A DNA stretch of 64,000 nt from the human T2T-CHM13v2.0 reference genome, Homo sapiens: NCBI RefSeq assembly GCF_009914755.1, contig NC_060927.1, one strand, 5' to 3'. Each line of letters starts with the position of its first letter. Positions within the stretch are counted from its first letter, which is position 1. Positions 28,608 to 41,844 of the stretch are shown here, one piece after another. A program made the translations under genes and the position numbers. The notes beneath the pieces were generated by a model. That model was not told the DNA's origin. It saw only the letters and a list, made by a program, of their open reading frames with translations, and made no database searches.

Positions 28608-31127
28608 CCAGCATCAACCTGATACCAAAACCTGGCAGAGACATAACAAAAAAAGAAAACCTCAGGGTAATATCCTTTATGAACATTGATGCAAAAATCC
28701 TCAATAAAATACTGGCAAACCAAATCCAGCAGCACATCAAAAAACTTAACCAACACAATCTAGTTGGCTTCATCCCATGGTTGTAAGGCTGGTTCCACAT
28801 ATGCAAACCATAAATGTGATTCATCACATAAACAGAACTAAAGACAAAAACCACATGATTATCTCAATAGATGCAGAAAAGGCCTTTGATAAAATTCAAC
28901 ATCCCTTCATGTTAAAAAAGACTCTCAATAAACTACGTATTGAAGGAACACAACTCAAAATGATAAGAGCCATATATGACAGACCCACAGTCAGTATCAT
29001 ACTGAATGGGCCAAAGCTGGAAGCATTTCCTTTGAAAACCAGCACAAGGCAAGAATGCCCTCTTTCACTAATCCCATTCAACATAGTATTGGAAGTTCTG
29101 GCCAGGGGAATCAGGCAAGAGGAAGAAATAAAGGGTATTGGTATTTACATAAGAAGAGAGGAAGTCAAATTATCTTTGTTTGCAGATGCCATGATCCTAT
29201 ACCTAGAAAACCTCATCATCTCAGCCCCAAATCTTCTTAAGCTGATAAACAACTTCAGCAAAGTCCCAGGATACAAAATCAATGTGCAAAAATGGCTAGA
29301 ATTCCTATATACCAACAACAGGCAAGCAAAGAGCCAAATCATGAATGAACTCCCATTCACAATTGCTACAAAAAGAATAAAATACCTAGGAATACAGCTA
29401 ACAAGGGAAGTGAAGGACCTCTTCAAGTGGAACTACAAACCACTGCTCAAAGAAATCAGAGAGGAAACAAACAAACTGAAAAACATTCCATGCTCATGGA
29501 CAGGAAGAATCAGTATGGTGAGAATGGCCATACTACCCAAAGTAATTTATAGATTCAATGCTATTCCTATTAAACTACCCTTGACGTTCTTCACAGAATT
29601 AGGAAAAAAAATGTAATTCATATGGAACCAAAAAAGAGCCCAAATAGCCAAGATAATCCTAAGTAAAAACAACAAAGCTGGAAGCATCATGCTACCCAAC
29701 TTCAAACTATACTACAAGGCTATGGTAACCAAAACAGCATGGTACAGTTACAAGAACAGACACATAGACCAATGGAACAGAATATAAAACTCAGAAATAA
29801 GACTGTGTACCTGTAAACATCTGATCTTCGACAAACCTGACAAAAACAACCAATGGGGAAAGGATTCCTTATTTAATAAATGGTACTGGGAGAACTGGCT
29901 AGTCCGATGCAGAAAATTGAAACTGGGCCATTTCCTTACACCATAAACAAAAATTAACTCAAGATAGATTAAAGACTTATATGTAAAACCCAAAACTATA
30001 GAAACCCTAGAAGAAAATCTAAGCAATACCATTCAGAACATAGGCATGGGCAAAGATTTCATGATGAAAATGCCAAAAGCAATCGCAACAAAAGCAAAAA
30101 TTGACAAATGGAATCTAATTAAACTAAAGAGGTTCTGCACAGCAAAAGAAACTATTATTAGAATGAACAGACAACCGATAGAATGGGAAGAAAGTTTTGT
30201 AATCTATCCATCTGACAAAGGTCTAATATCCAGAATCTACAAGAAACTCAAGAAAATTTACAGGAAAAAGCAAACTATCCTATTAAAAAGTGGGCAAAGG
30301 ACATGAACAGCCACATCTCAAAAGAAGACATACATGTGGCCAACAAACATATGAAAAAAAGCTCAACATCACTGATCATTAGAGAAATGGAAATCAAAAC
30401 CATAATGATATAACATCTCATGCCTATCGGGCTATTATTAAAAAGTCAAAAAGCAACAGATGCTGGTGAGGTTGTGGAGAAAAAGGAATGCTTTTACACT
30501 GTTGATAGGAGTTTAAATTAGTTCAACCACTGTGGAAGACAATGTGGTGATTCCTCAAAGACCTAGAGGCAGAAATACCATTTGTCCCAGGAATCCATTA
30601 CTAGGTATATATCCAAAGGAATATAAATCACTCTATTATAAACATACATGCACACATGTGTTTATTGCAGCACTATTCACAATAGCAAAAACATGGAGTC
30701 AGCCTAAATGCCCATCAATGATATACTGGATAAAGAAAATGGTGGTACATATACACTATGGAATTCTATGCAGCCATAAAAACAAATGAAATCATGTCTT
30801 TTGCAGGGACACGGATGGAGTTGGAAGCCATTATCCTCGGCAAACAAACACAGGAACAGAAAACCAAACACTGCATGTTCTCACTTACAAGTGGGAATTG
30901 AATGATGAGAACACATGGACACATGGAGGAAAACAACACACACTGGGGCCTGTCAGGGGTTGAGGGGTTATGAGGTAGCACCAAGAAGAATAGCTAAGGG
31001 ATCCTGGGCTTAATATCTAGGTGATGGGATGATCTGTGCAGCAAACCATGACGGCACACGTTCACCTATGTAACAAGCCTGCACATCCTGCACATGTACC
31101 CCAGAACTTAAAGTAAAAGTTGAAAAA
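28608..31127 (+). mobile_element. 5'-truncated L1 (L1PA10-13-like), RT region to 3'UTR
   Basis: ORF 28777-29616 is RT (FADA instead of FADD); 3'UTR gggcttaatatctaggtgatgggatgatctgtgcagcaaacc; TSD agaaaatgggcctcc at 28593-28607 and 31552-31566. Confidence 0.92.
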
Positions 31128-31551
31128 AATTTTTCTAAAATAGATGCTTTCAACAGGCAAAATAAATAAATAAATAAATAAAAGAAATGTAAGTAATTAG
31201 ACTGTATAACAGAGATAAAAAGTTAAAACTTACGTACTATATGAAATAAGTCTAAACTAATACTGACAATAACTAACACAGTTTTACACTAATTTTAGTA
31301 GTGGGTTTCTAGGCAATCAAAATTTTAAAACTTAATGAGAGGCTGAACTTTCATTAATGGAAAAATGGATACATACAAGTTCCTCCATAGGTGAGCTTCC
31401 TCCTTAGAACACTAACTCTTAATTGAAAGGTATTACATGAATCCTGTATACAGGCAAAGACTAATTATCTGTTTCTCATAGTGTGAAGAAGTTGGCTGGT
31501 TTGTATAGAAGAAATAAAGTACTTAAAAATATAAAAAATAAAAAAAAAGAA
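31128..31551 (+). other. L1 3'-transduced sequence with poly(A) signal and tail
   Basis: Non-L1 sequence between the L1 3' end and the downstream TSD; AATAAA at 31513-31518 followed by an A-rich tail 31525-31551. Confidence 0.85.
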
Positions 31552-31860
31552 AGAAAATGGGCCTCCACAGCCCTCTCCATGTCTTCCCTTTCCCTGCTGT
31601 ACTCAGCCACCCCAGCCCTCCTTCTCTTTCTCAAACTTACCGACTCATATTTGCTATTGTTTTTGTCAGGAAGGTCCCTCCCCTCCTACCCTTAGCTTTC
31701 TCTTTACCTGGCTCACTCTCTCATCTTTGAGGAACCCCTGGGAGGAGGTCCCATGCTTCTCCTGACTACCTCCACTGCACCCTGTACTTCACAGCACTTA
31801 GCACCATTGGAACCAAGCACTTGGATGCCTATGTTGTATTCCTTGTGTCTCCCCTTTAGA

Positions 31861-32185
31861 CCAGCACTGCCCGATAGAACTGTCATGTGAGCCATAAATG
31901 TAATTTTAAATGTCCTCATGGTCACATTTTTTAAAAAATGAATGGAAGCCGATGAAATTCATTTTTATCATTTACTTTATTTAACCCAATATCTAAAATG
32001 TTGCCATTTCAATGTGTCATCAATATTAAAAAACTATTAAAGGTATATTTTACATTTTTTTCACACTAAGTTTTAAAGATCCAGTGTGTATTTTACACTT
32101 TACAGCGCAATAAAATTTGGACCAACCCCATTTCAAGGCTCGGTACTGTCACGCAGCCAATGGCTTCGTAATGGACAGCCCAGCT
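31861..32185. mobile_element. MER33-like hAT-Charlie element
   Basis: cagcactgcccgatagaact...ttaacccaatatctaaaatgttgccatttcaatgtgt...tggacagc. Confidence 0.7.
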
Positions 32186-32619
32186 GTGGACACTTAACTC
32201 CCTGAAGACACACAGCACATCTATCTTACTGCTGAGTCTCCAGCACCAGACTGTTTTGCTCAGAGAAAGAGCCAGATAAGTACTCGCTTTGGGGTGGTTT
32301 TTTTTTTTTTTTTCGCTTTTTTGAAGAATATTTGTACTGAGGAAGAAATGGAGGTACAGAGAGAGGAAGTGATTGGCCCAAGGTCACAGGAATAATTAAT
32401 GCTAAAGCAATTCTAGCTCCCAACTGCCAACTGTGAAAAGGAACTGTATCGCCCCTGTGCCTCATGGAAACTCTTTGCAACAATCTCACAGGTCAATCTG
32501 CCATTCTTGATGCAAACAGGCTCTCAAAGTTCAGCCCAAAGCACATTTATTAAAAGCTTTACCTTGAAAGATAGGAAAAGTTTGGTTTTATGAGAAAAGT
32601 TGTCATTCTATTACCTTGT

Positions 32620-32780
32620 AAATCCTATCAATTGATAGGTATTATGTAATGGCATTAACAGGCTCTGTGCTGACTACTGCGGATGCTGTTTTGAAGCTCC
32701 TGTACAGCTATTATATTATCAGTGGTGATTTCCTTCAGGATTCAGGATTCTAGGCAGAGCTAAGTGAGTCAGCATTAGCC
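32620..32780. promoter_or_regulatory. Candidate enhancer motif cluster
   Basis: 16-bp palindrome cctatcaattgatagg (32624-32639); attatgtaat PAR-bZIP-like site (32641-32650); gtgagtcagca NF-E2/ARE consensus (32764-32774); all in non-repeat DNA. Confidence 0.25.
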
Positions 32781-33766
32781 CTCCCTCCCCAGGATTGCGA
32801 GGGTGTGAGGAGCGGTGTTGGGTGTGTGGGTGCTGGTGAGGCAGCCAGAAATGTGGTCAGCATACTTCACATTCCTAGCCTTGATTTACCCCCTCTGAAA
32901 ATCAGAGTGGGGTTAGTCATAAGAAAAATCTCCCTCCTTCAGAAGGTTTCATTGTAAATGAAGGCACAGCAATCACCCCCCATCAAAAAAGAATGTAGAG
33001 ATGCAAAAAATATAGGCTCAGCCTAAACTTATAAGTAGAACAAAGAGAGTTGCAAAACAATATCACAATATGATCCTACTTTCATCATAAAATGCATATT
33101 TCATATATTTATATTAAAGGAAAGTAATTCAGAAGATTGCTTTTCAAAATATAAATTATATTTATCATTAGATGGTAAAATTATGCATGATTTTTAATTT
33201 TTCTGCTCTTAGTTCACTCATAGTTTTGAATTTTCTTCAGTAGGTATGTATTACTTGTACAGAAAAGTAATGACTGAATATTTAAATAAGCCTGTGCACA
33301 CATACATACACTCATATATGATCCCAAACATTCCAACAGTCTTTAAGTGCTAATTATTTTGGGAAGTGCCCATGAAACCCATTATTTCTTTAGCTTTTCA
33401 GTAAATGACTTTGGCCCTTTCAAGCTCACATAGTCCCAAGGACAGAAAATCTGCTGCCCTCAGTGCTATCAACAGCATGAGGAATGTAGCCTCCTGCAAT
33501 GTGTAAACAGAAACCGCCACCCACCTGCAAGCCACTGGGGGTGAGGGGGCCTTCCCCAGGATGGAGATATGGGAGTCGGAGAGCTAGCCTGAGATTTGGC
33601 ACAGCTGCCAGCAGCCTTGTTAGAAATTCAACATCCTTAACTAGGAAACAGGTTTTGGGGTAGGTTGCCAAAGAAGGTGTTAAACAGGTAATTGACCTTC
33701 TTCTGTTTTGGTGATGATTAATTCAAGTAGCCATTTCCCACTTTCTTGAGATAAGAGTTCAGATCA

Positions 33767-34126
<360 letters not shown>

Positions 34127-34174
34127 TTAGATTACTTTACCAAGAGGCTGCTACTGCAGGCAGAACTCTTAGAC

Positions 34175-34381
34175 CAGTGGTTATCAACCAGGTAGACTTT
34201 GCTTTTCAAGAGACTTTCGGCAATGCCTGAAGACAATTTTGGTTGTCACAACTGGTGGGAAGTGGGTGCTACTGGCAGCTGGTGGGTAGAGTCCGGGGAT
34301 GCTGCTAAGCCTCCTACAAGGCACAGGACAGCCCACTACAACAGTCAGGCCAATGTTAATAGTGCCAAGGTTGAGAAACTG
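34175..34381 (+). mobile_element. MER20 hAT-Charlie MITE
   Basis: cagtggttatcaacc...tttggttgtcacaactgg...gtgccaaggttgagaaactg with inverted termini. Confidence 0.85.
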
Positions 34382-34616
34382 TATATTCGACAATGAAAGA
34401 AATTCTTCGATGCTTTGAAAGAAGGCCTACTTTTTTTTTTGCTAAAGTGAGCCATATCACTGGTATCTGGCTGTATTCCCCCCATTGGCCAACAGGCCAA
34501 AAGGAATTCTCTGAATGTTCTTAGTATCTTGTATCAGTGTATCACCTATCAGTGAACCCTCGCCTTAGGACAGGCAGGCAAAGTGAGCTTCCTTCTGCAA
34601 GCCAGCTCCAATCTGT

Positions 34617-35046
34617 TGGTAGTGACTTCTAGGATTGGTTCTCTGGAAGCAGATCTTGAGATGGTGTTTGAGGTAGGAGATGTTTATTAGGGATCAATGG
34701 TTGCAAAGGGAGAAGTTTTGGCAGAGGGAGAAGACAAACGCAATTCAAGTCTGACAAAACCGCGGCCACCCTGGAGAAGAGCTCTGGAGCTGGTACTGGT
34801 ATTTCCCATTAGAAGGAAGAGCTGGGTCTTTATAAACCCCCTCACCTAGCAGCCACCTGGCTCAGTCACTAGGTGAATGCTGTTCCAGGAGAGGCATGAC
34901 TTTCAGTCAGGGAGTGCACTGTAGCTGAGGCTAAACTTAAAGTTGCTGACATCTGGAATGGCTGCTAACCACACTCCCTACAGCTGGACATCAAGGCCTT
35001 CCTTGAAAGGGAATCTGGATTTCACACCTTCACATATATACCACAG
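34617..35046 (-). mobile_element. ERVL LTR16A-like solo LTR
   Basis: ttctctggaagcagatcttgagatggtgtttgaggtaggagatgtttattagggatcaa ... accaca. Confidence 0.55.
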
Positions 35047-36669
35047 GGTGCATCCATACTCAGCAAATAGGCATGCTACAGCCCATTAGCAATGCCTGCC
35101 ATGGTCCATGTGCAGAACAGCAGCATCTGTGCTAGGTATTTGGCAACCCTACATTAGAAACAGGGGCCAATGAGTAAGACCTATAATTGCAATATCATGG
35201 TGGTACCTGAAAATCAACTGGGTCTGGAAGAAAACCAAAAAGCAGGTATGCCAATGAGAAATGGAACCTGCCTGCCATCTAGTTAACTGTCTATCTATTG
35301 GGCTGGATTGAAAATGGAAGTGTTCCTTTGGTTTCTCATGATAAATTGCTTACCCTTCCTTTGTTTATTCCATGTCACTTATTACACACCCACTATGTGA
35401 AGAATTTGGCTTTTACCCAATTCATTAAATTTGTGCCCTCAGCCCCATGGGCTTCTTCAGTCTCTGCAGCCCTAACTAGAAAAGCCTAGTATTATAATAA
35501 GTGGCCTTTAAGAGTCGACCTAACCTTCTCTGCTAAGCATCCACACCACTAGCTTTGACTTCGGAAGGTAAGTAAGAAGAGGGTTTTGCCATACTTACGT
35601 TATTTTTGTGGATTAGATTAACATGGTCCAAAACTGTTGAGAAAGAGAGAATTATTTCCTTTTCTAGTAGGCAATCATTTGAAGATGCAGTGTTTTGTGT
35701 GAGGAGCTAGACAGCTCACACAGCTAATAACAAGAATAGTACTAGTGACTTGGGTTATTATAATAAATATAATTAATGACTTTTCAAACACTATTGGTTA
35801 GATGTTATGCTAATCATTTTAAATAAATTTATTACTGTGTTCCATGTTGATTTTTTAATTAAAATAAGAAGAGGGATTTTTTTTTAAAAAAAGTTAAATT
35901 GATAGTCTTTATCCACAAGCATTACCTGCAATCAGGTAGGTTGGTGCCTTTGAAGATACTGCATAATGTTAAATAAAGAACTGTGTAAACCTAATGTTAT
36001 TATTCACTACAATAAACGCAAACTAAACCTGTTTTAGGTCCAATGGGACATCTAGACTGGCCCTACAGTCAGGTGCACTAGGAACAATGTGTGCAATATA
36101 TCAAGAACACAATAAAACTGCCAATTTTTCCTATTTAAAGCGATCCACAGAGAGTTTAGATGATGAGCTAACAAAATGAGATGTTGTTAATTACATTCCT
36201 TGATAATTTTGATCCAAAAGGGATCATTTTGCTTTTTCCAACTGAAAGTAAATCATTTATTATAGATGAAGGAGTATAATTTTGGAGCTGGATGAAATAT
36301 CATGTAACAATACTTCATGGAAGCCATTATGCATATGTCTCGGTCCATAGCAGCTTTATTTTCAACTGGTGAAAATATGCTGGTCTGGTCCAAGGAGCCT
36401 TCTTAATGAGGAAAAACCTAATGTTTTTGAAATATCTAGGTCAGATTTCAGAGTCAACTAGATTTCCCCTTTGCTTCAATTATATAATTCTAATGATTAC
36501 TTTTGCTTCACAACAAAAAAAAAGCTGCCTGGTAGATAGTGAGCTTCCTATCTTGAGGATATTTAAGCAGACCTAGGATCAACACCGAAAACATTGTAGG
36601 AGAAAGTCATCTCAGTCTATCAAACAAGGATTTGGCTAGCAATATTTCAAAGGTAATTTATTTATTAAT

Positions 36670-37335
36670 TCTACTAGGTCTTTATCCAAAGGAAAAGAAA
36701 ACAATATATCAAGGGGATACCGGCACTCACATGTTTATTGCAGGACTATTCCAATAGCAAAGATATGGAATCAACCTATGTGGCCATCAACGAACAAACT
36801 GATAAAGGAAATGTAGTACATATATACAATGGAATACTATTCCACCATAAAAAAGAATAAAGTCATATCATTTGTAGCAACACACAACACAGATGGAACC
36901 AGAGGTCAATATGTTAAGTGAAATAAGCCAGACACAGAAAGACAAATTTCACATGTGCTCACTCATCTGTGGGAGCTAAAACAATTGATTTCATGGAGGT
37001 AGAAAGTAGAATGATGTATACCATAGCCTGGGAAGGGTATGTGGGTGGGAGTGGGGATAAAGAGAGGCTGGTCAATGGGTGCAGACATACAGTTAGATAG
37101 AAGTAATAAGTTCTAATGTTCAATAGCAGACTAGGGTGACTATACTTAACAACAATGTATTATATATTTCAAAGTAGTGATGAGGACTTGAAATGTTTGC
37201 AACATGTAGAAATATTCAAGATGATGGATATTCCAAATACCTTGACTTGATCATTATACACTCTATGCAAGTAGCAAAATATCACATGTTCCTTATAAAT
37301 ATAAAAACTTTACACACAGTAAATATGTAAAAGAA
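36670..37335 (+). mobile_element. L1MA 3' fragment
   Basis: gtgaaataagccagacacagaaagacaaat; acagttagatagaagtaataagttctaatgttc. Confidence 0.8.
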
Positions 37336-38420
37336 AAGTGTTGAGCCTTTCTCTTGAGCCTAGCATTATGGGATGAAACTGTGTGTAAGTTGCAGCTCCT
37401 ATCTTTAAGTAAAACACAGTCTAGTAATTCCTTTTAACTTTGAGATTCTATAACTTTATCTTAATAAAATTTATATCAGATCTCTATTTTCCACTTTTAA
37501 ATATTTTCTTTAGGGACAATTTTTAAAATAATACTTCTTTGTGCTTTTTTAATATAAAGAGAAATGCAGGAACATATCATCTCACCTTTTTTCCTGGTGT
37601 AAGTTAGCTATTGCTATATAACAAAGAGGTGGCTCTGAACAGCCATTATTTATTATTGTAGTTCACTTGTCTGTGGGCCAGCTAAAGGATAGGTGATCTA
37701 GGATGGCCTGAGTTGGGCAGTTCTGTTCATCTTGGCTGGGCTCATGTATCTGCAGGTTGCCTGGAGATTTTGCTGTGGGTTAGGCTTGAATGGAGCAGCT
37801 CCAAATAGTATGTAGATAAGGACTGGAGAAAGTGATTGAAAAGCTATCACAATTTTCTTTCGTCTGAACCAAAAGGAACTTTAGGATCTGCACAGGAGAG
37901 CCTTACTGCGTAGATATGAAAGAGTCTCATTTTTGCGGAAGAGACTTAGATAGAGTTTACTCCATCACCTACCCCATTCCTCACAAAAAGAGTAGGACTT
38001 GACAGTTATAAGGTAAAGCTCCTCTGTCCCTGGAACTGAGACAGCAAGGAACACCCTGTTATTATGACAGATTTGATGGCCTGCCTCACTCCACCATCAA
38101 TCCACACAGGGGAGTCAGAAGTGCCTCCACTCCTGCCTCAGAAAGATCCATCACGACTCAACCTCAGCCTCAAAGTAAACAAAGAAAAATGATAATTAAT
38201 CCAAGGGAGCCAAGAGCCCCGAGGAAGAACAAATAAAACAATAAGAACAGACCGATACTGAAAAGGAACTGCTGGAAGAGACAGGCAAAAACTTCAATAA
38301 AAACAAAACAAGATGACCTAGATTCATATATAACATGCACTGGTGCATATCTTCCCCCCACACATAGACACACACACACAGACAGACATGTACACTTTTC
38401 TGGAACTAAAAACATGATTT

Positions 38421-40063
38421 GGGGCATCCAAATCAGTAAAGAGGAAGTCGAACTGTCACTATTTGCTGATGACATGATTGTATACCTAGAAAACTCTAAA
38501 GACTACTCTAAAAAGCTCCTAGAACTGGCAAATAAATTCAGCAAATTTTCAGAATACAAAATTAATGTATGCAAATCAGTAGCCCTGCTGTATACCAACA
38601 GCAACCAAACTGAGAATCAAATCAAGAAGTCAGCCCCTTTTACAATAGCTGCAAAAGAAAAATAAAACATTTAGGAATAAACTTCATCAAGGAGGTGAAA
38701 GATCTCTACAAGGAAAATTACAAAACACTGCTGAAAGAAATCATAGATGACCCAAACAAGTGGAAACATATCCCACGCTCATGGATGGGTAGAATCAATA
38801 TTGTGAAAATGGCCATATTGCCAAAAGCAGTCTTCGAGTTCAATGCAATTCCCATCAAATTCCACCATCAATCTTCAAAGAACTAGAAAAAAAATCCTAA
38901 AATTCCTATGAAACTAAAAAAGAGCCCACATAACCAAAGCAAGACTAAGCAAAAAGAACAAACCTAGAGGCATTGCATTACCTGACTTCAAACTATGCTA
39001 TAAGGCCATAGTCACCAAAACAGCATGGTATTGGTGTAAGAACAGGCACATAGACCAATGGATCAGAACAGAGAACCCAAAAATAAACCCAAATGCTTGC
39101 AGTCAACTGATCTTCAACAATAAAAACAAAAACATAAAGTGGAGAAAAGACACCCTATTCAACAAACAGTGCTAGGATAATTGGCAAGCCACGTGCAGAA
39201 GAATGAAACTGGATCCTCATCTCTCACCTTATACAAAAATCAACTCAAGATGAATCAAAGACTTAAATCTAAGACCTGAAGCCATAAAAATTCTAGAAGA
39301 TAACATTAGAAAAACCCTTCTAGACACTGGCTTAAGGAAAGACATCATGACCAAGAACGCAAAAGCAAACACAACAAAAACAAAGATAAATAGATGGGAC
39401 TTAATTAAACTAAAAGGCTTCTGCACAGCAACAGAAATAATCAGCAGAGTAAACAGACAACCCACAGAGTGGGAGAAAATCTTCACAATCTTTACATTTG
39501 ACAAAAGACTAATATCCAGAATCTACAAGGAATTCAAACAAATTAGCAAGAATAAAACAAACAATCCCATCAAAAACTAGGCTAAGTACATGAACAGACA
39601 ATTCTCAAAAGAAGATATACAAATGCCCAGCAAACATATGAGAAAATGCTCAAAATCACTAATGATCAGAGAAATGCAAATCAAAACCCCAATGTGATAC
39701 CACCTTACTCCTGCAAGAACCGCCATAATCCAAAAATCAGAAAATTACAGATGTTGTTGGAGATGTGATGAAAACGAAACACTTTTACACTGTTGGTGGG
39801 AATGTAAACTAGTGCAACCACTATGGAAAACAGTATGGAGATTCCTTAAAAGAACTAAAAGTAAATCTACCATTTGATCCAGCAATCCCACTCCTGGGTA
39901 TCTACTCAGAGGAAAAGAAGTCGTTATACAAAAAAGATACTTGCACACATATGTTTATAGCACCACAATTCGCAATTACGAACATATGGAACCAGCCCAA
40001 ATGCCCATCAATCAACAAGTGGATAAAGAAAATTTTATATATACCATATATACTACTCAACCA
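38421..40063 (+). mobile_element. L1PB-type ORF2 fragment (from RT FADD), lacking its own 3'UTR
   Basis: [24 protein letters not shown] at about 38423; L1PB-type agaggaaaagaagtcgttatacaaaaaagatacttgcacac; stops at tactactcaacca. Confidence 0.88.
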
Positions 40064-40314
40064 TACACAGTGGTGGCAAGGCTTATCTGCTACAAAGAAG
40101 ACATGTTTTAGACAAATACTCATGTGTATAGGCACAACACTCAAGGACTGTATTTGTGACTAATCTTATAACAGGTTATTTTAGTTTCTTTTCTGTGGAA
40201 AGTATAAAGCATTCCAATAAAGAGTTTAATACAGATTTTTTTTTGCACCTATGCTGTTGACTGCTAAATGTAATAGTCTGATCAAGATGCTGAATAAATG
40301 TGTATTTTTAAAAA
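40055..40314 (+). pseudogene. HNRNPA1: HNRNPA1 3'UTR retrocopy fragment
   Basis: cacagtggtggcaaggcttatctgctacaaagaagacatgttttagacaaatactcatgtgtat...ggactgtatttgtgactaat...ataacaggttattttagtttc...gctaaatgtaatagtctgatc...gctgaataaatgt matches the recalled HNRNPA1 mRNA 3' end; AATAAA at 40293-40298. Confidence 0.88.
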
Positions 40315-41844
40315 TATATATTATTTTAAAACTTAAAACATCAGTAGATGAGCTGAAACTGAAGGTGGTCACCACTGATGAGACTCGAATTAGTGACTGA
40401 AGATCAAGTGAAAGAAATCTCTGAAATAGCAGAGCACAAATTTGATGGATTAGAAACTATGAGAGAAGAGAGAAGAGATCCAGTTACTAAATCCAGGAGA
40501 CCCAAGAATCAGTTTCACAAGGAGAAAGAGACAGATGGAAGAGTCACACTAATTATACAAATTGGGGGATTAAAATACCCCAAGCAGTAGAGAGACCTGA
40601 ACCTAGGTTCAATCTGATTTAAAAGAAGAGTCTCAGATCTGTATTAAAATTCCAGAACTCCAGGAATAAAGTATTTAAAAAGAAAACCACGCCCTAAATT
40701 ATCACCACCAAAAAAATCCCTACTTATTTTATTAAGTATAGAAATAATATTTATACAAGGTTAGAAAATTCAATGATACGTAAAACTATGAAAGGGAAAG
40801 TAAAAATCTTACTTTATCCTCTGCATTTTCCTCCCCGAGACTTTTCTAGGAAAATGGAATCATTTAATAATGATTAATATAGTTTCCTGAATTTCTCACA
40901 GCCCTCTAAAGTTTATGCATGTAACATACATATACCTGGTGGGAGGAGCCAAGATGGCCGAATAGGAACAGCTCCGGTCTACAGCTCCCAGCCTGAGTGA
41001 CGCAGAAGACGGGTGATTTCTGCATTTCCATCTGAGGTACCGGGTTCATATCACTAGGGATTGCCAGACAGTGGGCACAGGTCAGTGGGTGCGCGCAACG
41101 TGCGCGAGCCGAAGCAGGGAGAGGCATTGCCTCACTCGGGAAGCGCAAGGGGTCAGGGAGTTCCCTTTCCTAATCAAAGAAAGGGGTGACAGAAGGCACC
41201 TGGAGAATCGGCTCACTCCCACCCGAACACTGCGCTTTTCCGATGGGCTTAAAAAACAGTGCACCACGAGATTATATCCCGCACCTGGCTTGGAGGGTCC
41301 TACCCCACGGAGTCTCGCTGATTGCTGGCACAGCAGTCTGAGATCAAACTGCAAGGCGGCAGCGAGGCTGGGGGAGGGGCGCCCACCATTGCCCAGGCTT
41401 GCTAAGGTAAACAAAGCAGCCGGGAAGCTCGAACTGGGTGGAGCCCACCACAGCTCAAGGAAGCCTGCCTGCCTCTGTAGGCTCCATCTCTGGGGGCAGG
41501 GCACAGACAAACAAAAAGACAGGAGTAACCTCTGCAGACTTAAATGTCCCTGTCTGACAGCTTTGAAGAGAGCAGTGGTTCTCCCAGTATGCAGCTGGAG
41601 ATCTGAGAATGGGCAGACTGCCTCCTCAAGTGGGTCCCTGACCCCTGACCCCCGAGCAGCCTAACTGGGAGGCACCCACCAGCAGGGGCACACTGACACC
41701 TCACACTGCAGGGTATTCCAACAGACCTGCAGCTGAGGGTCCTGTCTGTTAGAAGGAAAACTAACAAACAGAAAGGACATCCACACCAAAAACCCATCTG
41801 TACATCACCATCATCGAAGACCAAAAGTAGATAAAACCACAAAG

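Noticed and set aside
41071-41664. 197-aa and 142-aa ORFs in the L1 5'UTR
   Set aside because: GC-rich L1 UTR frames; the 142-aa ORF results from a frameshift joining upstream sequence to the ORF0 C-terminal frame.
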